Positions 9,893 through 19,169 of a stretch of DNA of 64,000 bases are shown in pieces. Source of the DNA: a virus; the IMG/VR virus record IMGVR_UViG_3300014613_000020, positions 34,980 to 98,979 of that record. The stretch is one strand, 5' to 3'. The number at the start of each line of letters is the position of its first letter. The first letter of the stretch is position 1. The translations under genes were made by a program, and so were the position numbers. Below the pieces are notes generated by a model. It saw only the letters and a list, made by a program, of their open reading frames with translations, was not told where the DNA came from and did no database searches.

Positions 9893-10700
9893 TTTCTTTC
9901 ATAATCTTGATAACCATACTGGGAGCGTTATGAATGTCGTGTTCCCAGACACAAGTATAGTTGAATCCCCTATCAAGAGCTGTTTGTTTCTTGTTGACAT
10001 CATTGGCTACATTTTTCTGCTGTATAGAGCCGAGAGAGGCGTGGTCATAGAATCGAGGATCAGCATGCCAGAAGGTACCATGGATTTCAATGAGGGTGTT
10101 AGTGTCAGGGAGGAAAAAGTCGAATACATAACGGTTGAGTCTATATTGCCAAACGAAGCAAATTGCCATCTTGTCAAGAATGGCCGCGAACTTTGTTTCG
10201 AGTTTGTTAAAGGCTTTCCCAGTGCGCCCATCGGCTATTTGTTGAGTCGTAATCCTTGCTTGTCGGAGCCTAGCCCCAGGAACTTCAAACTGTTGTCGGT
10301 TGGCCTCCCGAATCTTTGCTTTAGCTTCTGGTGTATGTGTTTTCCCAAACATTCCATTGGCAGATCCAAAGTTAGCCTTGCTTCTAGTTTTGATATTACA
10401 TCGGCTTAGTCTGTAGCAAATACCAGTTTGTGATAAACCCACATAAGATGCAACTTGTGATTGAGAAAGCTCTTGGTTGGTATATAGATCATCTAAGAGT
10501 TCACATGTGATATTCTCTGTGCCATTACTAAGTAATTGCGCTTCACTGTTTGTACGACGTGGAATACCCAATTTCTTAAGCCACGTCCCAATAGCTGGCC
10601 TTGACACATTGAATAGAGCAGCAATCTCTTGTAGAGTTCTTTTCTCAACAAGATAGAGAAACTCCAGTTGTGACTTCTGAGTTTTTGTCAATTTGTTCAT
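9879..10700 (-). CDS. free-standing homing endonuclease (two HTH repeats, NUMOD3-like motif, Vsr/DUF559-type nuclease)
   Basis: NGMFGKTHTPEAKAKI; YVFDFFL..LIEIHGTFWHAD...VWEHDI. Likely start is ATG 10700, just after its own promoter. Confidence 0.85.
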   Translation of the reverse strand: MNKLTKTQKSQLEFLYLVEKRTLQEIAALFNVSRPAIGTWLKKLGIPRRTNSEAQLLSNGTENITCELLDDLYTNQELSQSQVASYVGLSQTGICYRLSRCNIKTRSKANFGSANGMFGKTHTPEAKAKIREANRQQFEVPGARLRQARITTQQIADGRTGKAFNKLETKFAAILDKMAICFVWQYRLNRYVFDFFLPDTNTLIEIHGTFWHADPRFYDHASLGSIQQKNVANDVNKKQTALDRGFNYTCVWEHDIHNAPSMVIKIMKEISMT

Positions 10701-10707
10701 ATCAGAT

Positions 10708-10736
10708 AGTATAGCACGAAACTTGAAAGAAGGCAA
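10708..10736 (-). promoter_or_regulatory. promoter for the homing endonuclease (leaderless), overlapping the translation-initiation region of the opposite-strand MTase
   Basis: Minus strand reads TTGCCT-17 bp-TATACT, then 7 nt to ATG. Confidence 0.65.
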
Positions 10737-10738
10737 AT

Positions 10739-12460
10739 ATGGCAAAATGGGAAATCGTAGAAGCTGACGTTATGGAGTGGGCAAAGGCATACACAGGCCA
10801 AAAATTTCATGCTGCCATTATGGACCCACCCTATCATCTAGGGCCAAAAGGGTTCATGAACAGGGGCTGGGATGCTGGTGAGTATGGGATTTCTTTTCGA
10901 CCTGAGACCTGGGCTGCTCTAGCCGAGCACCTCCTCCCCGGTGCATGGATATTTGCCTTTGCAAGCTCGCGCGGGTGGCACAGGATGGCAGTAGCGATGG
11001 AGGACGCAGGGTTGATATTGCAACCGAGTATCTTCGTCAATGGGGAAGTGCTGGAGCTGCCACTGGCTTTTCTGCATGTGGAGGGGCAATCTTTCCCAAA
11101 AGCGACGAGGATTGACATAAAACTGGATCAAAATGCTGGCGTAACAGGCAACAGAAGTCGCAAAGTCTATGGTGATGGTAACCAATACTATCCAACACCT
11201 GACAGAACAAATCCTAATCCAATGGATTGGGAAACTAAAGCACAAGATCGCTTTACTGAATACAATGCCGTGACTGATTTGGCTCAAGCTTGGCAAGGCC
11301 ACCGTTACGGGGGGCAGGTTCTCAAAAATGCAGCCACTACGGTGGTTCTGGCCTACAAGCCTCTCCCAGGACAAGTTAGACCCATCATCTGCGCACAGAA
11401 GCTCTGGACGACGCCACGACTCGATTGCATCGTGGAGACTGGGGCGGGGGCGCTCTGGGTGGATGGGGGAAGGATTGGGACAGAGTTTGTCGCAACAACT
11501 GGCCGATCCGATGAAAAGCATGCCAAGAGTCAAAGCCTTGGCGATTCGTGGAGTGGCGTCGTAGATGAAACGCCACATCAAGGCCGCTGGCCAGCCAACT
11601 TTTGCCTTCTACATTCGCCTGGGTGTATCAGGGTAGGGACGAAACGGGTGAAGGGAAGTGGTCGTCTTAGTGACAATCCTAGCCCTGGGGGGTATGATGT
11701 TGGATTTGGTGGCAGTAGAGATAACAATAAGTACGCTGACGCCGATGGGCTAGAAGAGGTCGAGGAGTGGAGGTGTGTCGAGGGATGCGCGGTAAAGGCG
11801 CTAGGGGAGCAGAGTGGACAGCGATTGTCAGGCTATCGAGTAAACCCAAGTACAAATAAAACAACGTGGTTTGGTGCAAATGATGGTAGCTATATTGAGG
11901 GGGAACGTGGTTATTCAGATTCAGGCTCCTGCACCCGCTTCTACCACAACGCTGACTGGTCCTACGAGATCGCCGAACGTCTGGCGATGGTGAATCCGGT
12001 ACTTTACATGGCAAAGGCGGGACGGGGGGAGAGGGACGCGGGGCTTGAAGAGTTTGATCTAAAAGCAGTCAACCCAAATTATGGTAAGGGAGGGTTCAAA
12101 CGACCTACAGATGAACCAAAGCGAGAGATTGCACCATTCCGCAATCCCCATCCCACGGTCAAACCTATTGCCTTAATCCGCTGGCTTGCCACTTTGCTCC
12201 TTCCACCCAAATCCTATGCACCTTGTTGTGTCCTAGTCCCCTTTGCTGGTGTAGCGTCCGAAGGCATTGGTTGCATGTTAGCTGGATGGGAAGAAATAAT
12301 AATGATAGAACAGGAAAGTGAATATGTAGAGATTGGTAAAGCAAGAATGAGCTGGTGGCAAGAAAGATATGACAGAGGATTACATGATGTCAAAGAGATA
12401 TTAAAGTCAAATAAAAAGAAGAAAGACATTCCGAATCAAATCAGATTGAAAGGACTATAA
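10739..12460 (+). CDS. DNA methyltransferase (N6A/N4C, DPPY), long phage type
   Basis: MDPPY, GRWPAN, NPHPTVKPIALIRWL, VPFAGVAS. Confidence 0.9.
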   Translation: MAKWEIVEADVMEWAKAYTGQKFHAAIMDPPYHLGPKGFMNRGWDAGEYGISFRPETWAALAEHLLPGAWIFAFASSRGWHRMAVAMEDAGLILQPSIFVNGEVLELPLAFLHVEGQSFPKATRIDIKLDQNAGVTGNRSRKVYGDGNQYYPTPDRTNPNPMDWETKAQDRFTEYNAVTDLAQAWQGHRYGGQVLKNAATTVVLAYKPLPGQVRPIICAQKLWTTPRLDCIVETGAGALWVDGGRIGTEFVATTGRSDEKHAKSQSLGDSWSGVVDETPHQGRWPANFCLLHSPGCIRVGTKRVKGSGRLSDNPSPGGYDVGFGGSRDNNKYADADGLEEVEEWRCVEGCAVKALGEQSGQRLSGYRVNPSTNKTTWFGANDGSYIEGERGYSDSGSCTRFYHNADWSYEIAERLAMVNPVLYMAKAGRGERDAGLEEFDLKAVNPNYGKGGFKRPTDEPKREIAPFRNPHPTVKPIALIRWLATLLLPPKSYAPCCVLVPFAGVASEGIGCMLAGWEEIIMIEQESEYVEIGKARMSWWQERYDRGLHDVKEILKSNKKKKDIPNQIRLKGL

Positions 12461-12461
12461 A

Positions 12462-13544
12462 ATGAAAGCAATAGTAAATCAAGGAATGTTAGCTCACGGA
12501 TTATCAATCGTTGGCAGGGCGGTGGCAGGAAGGTCAACTTTGCCAATTCTAGGCAATGTGATGGTGTCCACCGGTAGCGAAGGACTGACATTGTCAGCTA
12601 CGAACTTGGAATTGATGATAAGTTGCAGAGTAACCGCGGAAGTGCGAGAAGAAGGTGCAACCACGATACCGGCAAGGACTCTGACAGACCTTGTCCGAGC
12701 TCTTCCCGACTCACCAATATCACTGTCGGTGAGTGAGAATGAGAACACCACGTTGACGTGTGACGGGTCGAGATCACGAATAAAAGGGATACCTGCTGTT
12801 GAGTTCCCAAACATCTATCCGTTCCCCGAAGACAACTCCTTGACATTGTTGGGAATCGGTGGTATAATTAAACAAGTCGCAATGGCAGCGGCAACGGACA
12901 CGTCAAGGCCGGTGTTGGAAGGTGTGTTGGTAGAACTGTCCGACAACAAACTCATCATGGCAGCGGCAGATGGATTCAGACTAGCGGTATGCAATGTGGA
13001 TACAGGCGTTAACGGCAGCATATCTGTTATCATCCCCGCTAAAGCATTATCAGAAGTGGCGAAGATGGATGGTGAAGTTGAACTGTCACTGAGTGAGAAC
13101 AGGGCATTCTTTAGAAGTGGGGGTGTGCTGTTGGTCACACAACTGATAGAAGGCAAGTTCCCCGACTATAACCAGATAATACCCAAGGATTGGACTACAA
13201 GGACCGAACTCAGGACTCAGGACTTGTTGCACGCCGTCAGGATGGCGAGTGTGTTTGCGAGAGATTCGTCAGACATCATTAAATTGGCAGTTGATGAGAA
13301 CAGTTGCGTCGTGTCGGCTCAGAGCGCTGAGACGGGTGACCATTCAGGCAAGATAGACGTGGATTCGGAAGGGAGTGACTTGCTGATAGGGGTGAATGGC
13401 AAGTATCTGATGGATTCACTGAGTGTGATGGGAACCGACAAAGTGACGATAGACATGCAGGGACCGTCAAATCCAATGGTGATTCGTCCTGTGGATGGTG
13501 GTGACCTGACGCACGTTGTGATGCCAGTACATATATCAGAATGA
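12462..13544 (+). CDS. dnaN: DNA polymerase III beta sliding clamp
   Basis: RSTLPILGNV, ATNLE, SRPVLEGV, AADGFRLA, GKFPDYNQIIP, VVMPV; full length at 360 aa. Confidence 0.96.
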   Translation: MKAIVNQGMLAHGLSIVGRAVAGRSTLPILGNVMVSTGSEGLTLSATNLELMISCRVTAEVREEGATTIPARTLTDLVRALPDSPISLSVSENENTTLTCDGSRSRIKGIPAVEFPNIYPFPEDNSLTLLGIGGIIKQVAMAAATDTSRPVLEGVLVELSDNKLIMAAADGFRLAVCNVDTGVNGSISVIIPAKALSEVAKMDGEVELSLSENRAFFRSGGVLLVTQLIEGKFPDYNQIIPKDWTTRTELRTQDLLHAVRMASVFARDSSDIIKLAVDENSCVVSAQSAETGDHSGKIDVDSEGSDLLIGVNGKYLMDSLSVMGTDKVTIDMQGPSNPMVIRPVDGGDLTHVVMPVHISE

Positions 13545-14284
13545 CAGACATGTTAGGACCATACCAATTGAATACCATCGTCACAGGTGACGCGAGAGAG
13601 TTGTCAAAGGCAATTCCTGATGAGTCTGTCGATTTGATATTCACCGATCCACCATGGGGGGTGGAGTATAAATATCCTAGTGAGTTTGTAGATTCATGGG
13701 AAGGATATAAGGATTTTGTGGAATGGCTTGTAGGAGAATGCCAACGAATTCTGAGACCCGGTGCGTTTGCTTTTGTCTATCAAGGAACAAAGCGTTTGCA
13801 AGATACGTATTCAATATTCCCAAGTGGGAGTCGTTTATTTGCCGATTGCAAAACTTTTATCCAACTCAAGGGACTTCCGGTTGAATTCGCTGTAGACTAT
13901 ATTGTGTTTTGGCAAAAATTGGGCCTGTTTGCGCTTACTGGTATGTGTAGGGATTGGCATAGAGCGAATACGTCTAGGACAATCCACAAGAGTCGTGATA
14001 CAAAATTGTGGTTGACAAATGGGGCAAAGATACCACCACCACGACCTCTAGAGAGCTGTGTTTATATTATAAATCAAATGTGCTTACAAGGTGCTATAGT
14101 TATGGATTTTTTTGTTGGGAGTGGTACAACTGCTGTAGCATGTAAGGTATTAGGTCGTAACTATCTGGCCTTTGAGATAGATCCTGAAACTGCTGAGATT
14201 GCCCGTCAACGAGTAGTACAGACACAACCACCTCTTTTTGTACAAAAACAGGAACAATTATCATTGAATATTGGAGATGAATGA
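13541..14284 (+). CDS. DNA methyltransferase (DPPW)
   Basis: DLIFTDPPW and MDFFVGSGTT. Confidence 0.9.
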   Translation: MTDMLGPYQLNTIVTGDARELSKAIPDESVDLIFTDPPWGVEYKYPSEFVDSWEGYKDFVEWLVGECQRILRPGAFAFVYQGTKRLQDTYSIFPSGSRLFADCKTFIQLKGLPVEFAVDYIVFWQKLGLFALTGMCRDWHRANTSRTIHKSRDTKLWLTNGAKIPPPRPLESCVYIINQMCLQGAIVMDFFVGSGTTAVACKVLGRNYLAFEIDPETAEIARQRVVQTQPPLFVQKQEQLSLNIGDE

Positions 14285-15024
14285 CAGAAAACAAACTAGA
14301 CATTCAGAGCATTGAATTCACCCCGAATCTTGTCACGTCACTTCACAGTGTGTTGAACAGTGATGATAGCGGGTCGATTGAGCAGACATTCACATTTCTT
14401 GACAGCGTCACATCCCTTGCCACCGAGCAGTTAGAGAAGGCAAGGAAGATACAAGCGCTGTCCCTGTGGCTCATATCAGAACTGTGGGGCAGACTGCCTT
14501 ACAAAATAACATTGCTATGGCATGATTACATGGATTGGGCGCGGATGCGAACGGGCTATGACGATAGCACAGTTTACAATTACATTCGCGCTGCTAGAGT
14601 GTGGTACACTCCTGACCTTATACTACCAAAGGTCGTTCTGTGTGATGAAGAAGGGCATGAGCTGATAAACGGAACTATAGGTTCTATCGTATCAGTCACA
14701 CCTGACACATTATCAGTTCCCATATCCAAGTTGATACTGACTGCCACATCATTTGAGAACGGTGAGCTTACAGACATACAGTTGGGGCAGCTGTTCAACG
14801 ACAGAGTGACATTTGGGCAGATGCACAACAGCCTACGTGAGCAACGCCTTCTTGGGTCGGGCAAGCCAATGACACGATTCTACCTTGATGGGGTGCATCT
14901 GATGATAGTGGAGAACAGCATGAGTGAAGCGTTTGGCGAGTTGTACTTGTATGATATAGACAAACCATTGGTGCGTAAAGGCATCGACCATATTTTGATA
15001 GCATCGGGAATAGTGAGGCCCTAA
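14281..15024 (+). CDS. hypothetical protein
   Basis: Coupled 247-aa ORF. Confidence 0.65.
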   Translation: MTENKLDIQSIEFTPNLVTSLHSVLNSDDSGSIEQTFTFLDSVTSLATEQLEKARKIQALSLWLISELWGRLPYKITLLWHDYMDWARMRTGYDDSTVYNYIRAARVWYTPDLILPKVVLCDEEGHELINGTIGSIVSVTPDTLSVPISKLILTATSFENGELTDIQLGQLFNDRVTFGQMHNSLREQRLLGSGKPMTRFYLDGVHLMIVENSMSEAFGELYLYDIDKPLVRKGIDHILIASGIVRP

Positions 15025-15557
15025 TGATTAGAGTGAAGGTATTGGGTGAGGCGGGATACGAACACGCACTGCTAGGACTGAGTCTAAGCTATAATGTAGA
15101 TGTAGATAAAATGCCAAAGGTGGCTGAGCGATTATCAATTAGGGATAACGGGGAGAACAAGTTTCTTGAGAGTATGGTGATTTGGTTGGAGATAAGAGCA
15201 CCAAGATACTGGTTTCAGCAATTTTCGACTTATCGCGTTGGTGTTACTACACAGTCTGAATCTACCATGCACACCATAATGCGTCGGCATTTGACGGGTG
15301 CCGATTTTAGTGGGTCTGTAAGACTAGACCACATTTCTTGGCTTAATAGTCTAATAAATAGGGGTGATTTTCAACGGGTAAAAGCGAACTTGCCTGAAGG
15401 ATTTATGCAGAGAAGGGTTGTGTGCATGAATTACAAATCGCTCCGGCATATGTTCTCACAGAGATACAATCACAGGTTGCATGAATGGCATGATTTCCTA
15501 AATGGTGTATTGGAGCAGATAGGGCATCCTGAGTTTATTGGGAATAAGGAGAACTAA
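15024..15557 (+). CDS. ThyX-like flavin-dependent thymidylate synthase family protein (divergent phage type)
   Basis: KFLE..APRYWFQQFSTYRVG..SESTMH..NLPEGF..NYKSLR..QRYNHRLHEW. Confidence 0.7.
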   Translation: MIRVKVLGEAGYEHALLGLSLSYNVDVDKMPKVAERLSIRDNGENKFLESMVIWLEIRAPRYWFQQFSTYRVGVTTQSESTMHTIMRRHLTGADFSGSVRLDHISWLNSLINRGDFQRVKANLPEGFMQRRVVCMNYKSLRHMFSQRYNHRLHEWHDFLNGVLEQIGHPEFIGNKEN

Positions 15558-17113
15558 TGGGAATAAAAATTTATGGGCCGCACATACAGGATATAACTGA
15601 ATATGATTACATGGTGGGGTGGGTGAAGGACAATCGACCAAAGATCGTTAAGGACATGGAAGACAATTCCGAGTTTATCAAAGCGTGTCAGGAGTATGTG
15701 GGCTTTTGGTTGTACCGGGCATTCACGGAAGATCAGTCTGTGGAGAATCCAGCAAAGGCTGCACAGAGACATTACGACAGATTGATGAATAAGGCGGCTG
15801 TTCAATACATGCGCGATTCTGGCATTTACTTTGCCTGCGAGGGGTTTAATGAGATAAACACAGGTCATGGTCAAGACTTTAACAAACTTTGCGCAATGGA
15901 TGTTGAGCTTGCACGATTGCTAAAAAGAGAAGGAATATTGTACTGTGCCGGCAGTGTAGGGGTAGGGCATCCAGCACTACACTATAAGGATTACTGGCCT
16001 ATTGACATAAATGATCCTAGTCTCTCACCAGAAGATAGGGCAAGAGCGGTTCCATTGCATAAATATGAGCCGTTTCTGGAAGTCCTGTCGGTAGTTTTTG
16101 CCTATGGAATTCATGAATACTTCGCACCGCGGATGGACGATGTGCGGAACCTTGACCTAGGTGAACCCGGAACGGGATGGTGGCTGCAACGCTACAGAAA
16201 GTGGTATCCCAAATTGGCTGCTCAATATAAGGTTCACCTTATTATATCCGAGACGTGCATAGACTCGGGTGCACCACACTTCTGGCCTGGTGCTCAGGGT
16301 GGGTGGCAGTCGTTTGGTTCTGAGAACATGGATCTAAAAATACAGGATACGATAGCACAGTTAGAAGTATATGGTGCTGAGTTAATATCAGATGGTGTGT
16401 TCGGCGCTACTCCTTTTTTGTGGGGGACAAAGGATAAGCACAACTGGGGGTCGTTTGACTGGTTGGAACCAAGGGGAGCGAGTGAAGCGTTTGGTGTGTT
16501 GGTAAAGGATGGCATACTCGTGGAAGAACCTGAATTTGATTGGATTGACATTCGTGATACCATTCAAGTGCATGAGAACTATCCTTATGGCAAAGAAAAG
16601 ACAGATGAGTTTTTGTACAAAAGCAGAAAACTAACAGATATAGATACAGTTATTTTTCATCATACAGGTTGGAAACCGGTTGGTCCTGATCCTATAGCGC
16701 GTTATCATGTTGAAGATTTAGGATGGCCTGGACCTGGATATACTTTTCTAATAACACCTGATGGTAAGAAATATTACATGAATGACCTTACTATTGCTAC
16801 GTTTCATGCTAAGCAATACAATATGAAATCTATAGCAATAGCAATAGAAGGCAATTTTATGAATGGAAATAGGCCAACAGATGCACAGATGGTATCAGCT
16901 ACTAAGCTATTAAAGGACTTGCGTACACATTTTCAGTATAGTCGAGTTGTAGGCCATAAGGAACTATTGCCTACTGATTGCCCTGGTGACGGTTGGTCTG
17001 TGTTAGAACTACTGTCTGACGAAGAGGATTGGAAAAAACGAGCATTGATGGCAGAGGCAATGAACACAGAGTATGAGGAATTGATCGCAGACGTACATCA
17101 AATGACGGGATGA
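15557..17113 (+). CDS. endolysin: glycoside-hydrolase-like N-terminal domain plus Amidase_2 N-acetylmuramoyl-L-alanine amidase
   Basis: IFHHT, GWPGPGYTF, FHAK..N..SIAI, VVGHKEL..TDCPG; N-terminal FNE / HEY / ISE pattern. Confidence 0.85.
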   Translation: MGIKIYGPHIQDITEYDYMVGWVKDNRPKIVKDMEDNSEFIKACQEYVGFWLYRAFTEDQSVENPAKAAQRHYDRLMNKAAVQYMRDSGIYFACEGFNEINTGHGQDFNKLCAMDVELARLLKREGILYCAGSVGVGHPALHYKDYWPIDINDPSLSPEDRARAVPLHKYEPFLEVLSVVFAYGIHEYFAPRMDDVRNLDLGEPGTGWWLQRYRKWYPKLAAQYKVHLIISETCIDSGAPHFWPGAQGGWQSFGSENMDLKIQDTIAQLEVYGAELISDGVFGATPFLWGTKDKHNWGSFDWLEPRGASEAFGVLVKDGILVEEPEFDWIDIRDTIQVHENYPYGKEKTDEFLYKSRKLTDIDTVIFHHTGWKPVGPDPIARYHVEDLGWPGPGYTFLITPDGKKYYMNDLTIATFHAKQYNMKSIAIAIEGNFMNGNRPTDAQMVSATKLLKDLRTHFQYSRVVGHKELLPTDCPGDGWSVLELLSDEEDWKKRALMAEAMNTEYEELIADVHQMTG

Positions 17114-17117
17114 TACT

Positions 17118-17486
17118 ATGTTTGACCCTGTTGAGATGAATGTACAGATGATGAAAAAGGATCAAGAATGGGTTTGGTGTGAGAGATTACGCTACCATCT
17201 GCTGATGACCAGGCGATATTGCGATAGATGTGGGAAAATTCTCATCGGTGCTGAGGTGCATGAGGGGATTGTGACACGACAGGATGTGAGAGGATGGAAA
17301 TATCCTGACAAGGGAAGGATATTTAGCGAATACAATTCTATGCTCCTGTGCCCCGACTGCCACCGTCCCAGTCCACCTAGTAGGACAGAATGTTGGACAG
17401 TTTTATGCAAAAGATATGGAGAGGAGGTGGTAAAGAAGTGGTATTTTGATTTGCCTTGGAGAATTGGACCACCTAGATACTTTTAA
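17118..17486 (+). CDS. Zn-binding HNH/NinG-like protein
   Basis: CDRC...H...N..LLCPDCH. Confidence 0.55.
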   Translation: MFDPVEMNVQMMKKDQEWVWCERLRYHLLMTRRYCDRCGKILIGAEVHEGIVTRQDVRGWKYPDKGRIFSEYNSMLLCPDCHRPSPPSRTECWTVLCKRYGEEVVKKWYFDLPWRIGPPRYF

Positions 17487-17492
17487 TTATGA

Positions 17493-17840
17493 GTGAGAGG
17501 AAGAGAAAGAATGTTCAAACGAAGAGTTCCAGAACAGAAAATGTACAGACAAGGTGATTTGCTAATAAAATCGATTTTGAAGATTCCAAATGGTTCTAAG
17601 GAACTTGATGGACAGGTGATAGCATATGGGGAGCACACAGGACACACCCATCAATTGGATAGTGATGCTGCTAGGGTATACACAAAAACGGGTGAGGACT
17701 TGTACTTCACTGTCGCCATTCCCACGACGCTGACACACGATGAGCATGGGCCAATCGAGTTGGACACCGGTGCCTATCAGGTTGTTCACCAAAGAGAGTT
17801 CATAGAACCAAAGAGACCCCCACAGCGCAATTGGGACTAG
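17493..17840 (+). CDS. conserved His-rich phage protein (RQGD..GEHTGHTH..HDEH)
   Basis: Recognisable motif family that usually lies next to DUF6745-like genes. Confidence 0.7.
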   Translation: MRGRERMFKRRVPEQKMYRQGDLLIKSILKIPNGSKELDGQVIAYGEHTGHTHQLDSDAARVYTKTGEDLYFTVAIPTTLTHDEHGPIELDTGAYQVVHQREFIEPKRPPQRNWD

Positions 17841-17901
17841 GATTGATAGAAGGTGGTGGAGGTTAACAGTCTCCACCATCTAGATTGTATGGTGATGAGT
17901 T

Positions 17902-18462
17902 ATGGATAATGAATTATGGTGTTTAGTACCTCCCCTCTCAATATTTCTTATTCTGGTGGTTTTGAACATAAGATCGGAAATCGTTCTTAATAGACGAGGA
18001 GAGAGAACACTAAACACATGTAGTGAATGTGGACATTTTGATTTTCATGTAGGGAATTATGGAAGACGTGTTTGGGCATGTAGAATTCCAGAATTCACTC
18101 TGACCCCCGATGGATTAACCAAAGGCTTGATAATAGGTGAGAATCCAGCTTGTGCTGAGTTTTCCGGCAGATTTGGCAGAGAAACGGTTTTGCGTCACCA
18201 AAGAGATCCAAGGGTAGCTCCTCGTAATGATTCCCTTGGCAGAGAATGGGAGGTACGTGATTTTCGACTTTCCGGTGAAGATGGTGACTTATTTCTTTTG
18301 GCCATTAGAAGAGAGCGGTATCTTGTCATGAAAGATCCGCATGAAGGTGGTGAATATTCTTGTCTGCGTGTTCCTAACGAAATGAATGATGCTATTGAGG
18401 CACATGCTTGGACATTTTCTTTGTCGAAGAAGGAGTATCTAAATTTGAGGAAACAAACTTAG
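17902..18462 (+). CDS. membrane-anchored protein with DUF6745-like C-terminus, paralog 1
   Basis: N-terminal TM segment; C-terminal LRVPNEMNDAIEAHAWTFSLSKKEYLNLRKQT. Confidence 0.7.
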   Translation: MDNELWCLVPPLSIFLILVVLNIRSEIVLNRRGERTLNTCSECGHFDFHVGNYGRRVWACRIPEFTLTPDGLTKGLIIGENPACAEFSGRFGRETVLRHQRDPRVAPRNDSLGREWEVRDFRLSGEDGDLFLLAIRRERYLVMKDPHEGGEYSCLRVPNEMNDAIEAHAWTFSLSKKEYLNLRKQT

Positions 18463-18523
18463 ATTGAAAAATGGTAGTGGGGATTAATAATTTCTACTAC
18501 CATTTCATCAATAAGGAACTGTA

Positions 18524-18943
18524 ATGGATAGCAATATTATTCAGGGGGTGCTTCTAATTTTAGTTAGGGTGGTGTTAATGCTTATGGCATTATCACTCCT
18601 TACGATGGTAAGTTTGCCAATGTTCCGAAGTACACACCGAGAATCTCCCCAGTTTGTAATCCACCCTCATAGTTCTACTATGCGTGATCCCAGACTTAGA
18701 CAATCAAATAATGCATCTCATCAAAATTGGGAAATAGTTGACAGTAATGTTGACAGTGAATCTGGGGATTTGGTTCTTTTTGCTGTAGGTAGGCAAAGAT
18801 TCTTAATCATGAAAGACCCACATGGTAAAGGTGAATACTATAATTTGAGAGTGCCGGATAGTATGAATGACGCGAGAGAAGCACACGCTTGGACATTCTC
18901 ATTGACCAAAGAAGAGTATCTTAATCTAAGGAAACAAACATGA
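18524..18943 (+). CDS. membrane-anchored protein with DUF6745-like C-terminus, paralog 2
   Basis: N-terminal TM segment; C-terminal LRVPDSMNDAREAHAWTFSLTKEEYLNLRKQT. Confidence 0.7.
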   Translation: MDSNIIQGVLLILVRVVLMLMALSLLTMVSLPMFRSTHRESPQFVIHPHSSTMRDPRLRQSNNASHQNWEIVDSNVDSESGDLVLFAVGRQRFLIMKDPHGKGEYYNLRVPDSMNDAREAHAWTFSLTKEEYLNLRKQT

Positions 18944-19143
18944 AAGAGCCAATAGCGATTGGAATGATTCTGTTAATAGCAGGTGTGTCATTGTGGCATT
19001 CTATGTGTTCTATTGGTGAGTTAAAACGGTCCGCTATGCATAGGACGGAGATGGAACGCAGATTGACGTGGTTTCATTTTAAGCGGATTATCATTATATC
19101 AGTTGGGTTAGTAGTAGGTGGTATGGTATGGTTAAATATGTAG
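18940..19143 (+). CDS. small two-TM membrane protein
   Basis: Two hydrophobic segments. Confidence 0.55.
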   Translation: MKEPIAIGMILLIAGVSLWHSMCSIGELKRSAMHRTEMERRLTWFHFKRIIIISVGLVVGGMVWLNM

Positions 19144-19169
19144 TTTTGTACAAAAGTTAGGAGGCGAAC

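Noticed and set aside
9879-10745. Group I intron or intein around the Vsr-type endonuclease
   Set aside because: No P1/P7 core or intein motifs; the flanks are duplicated gene starts rather than joinable exons.
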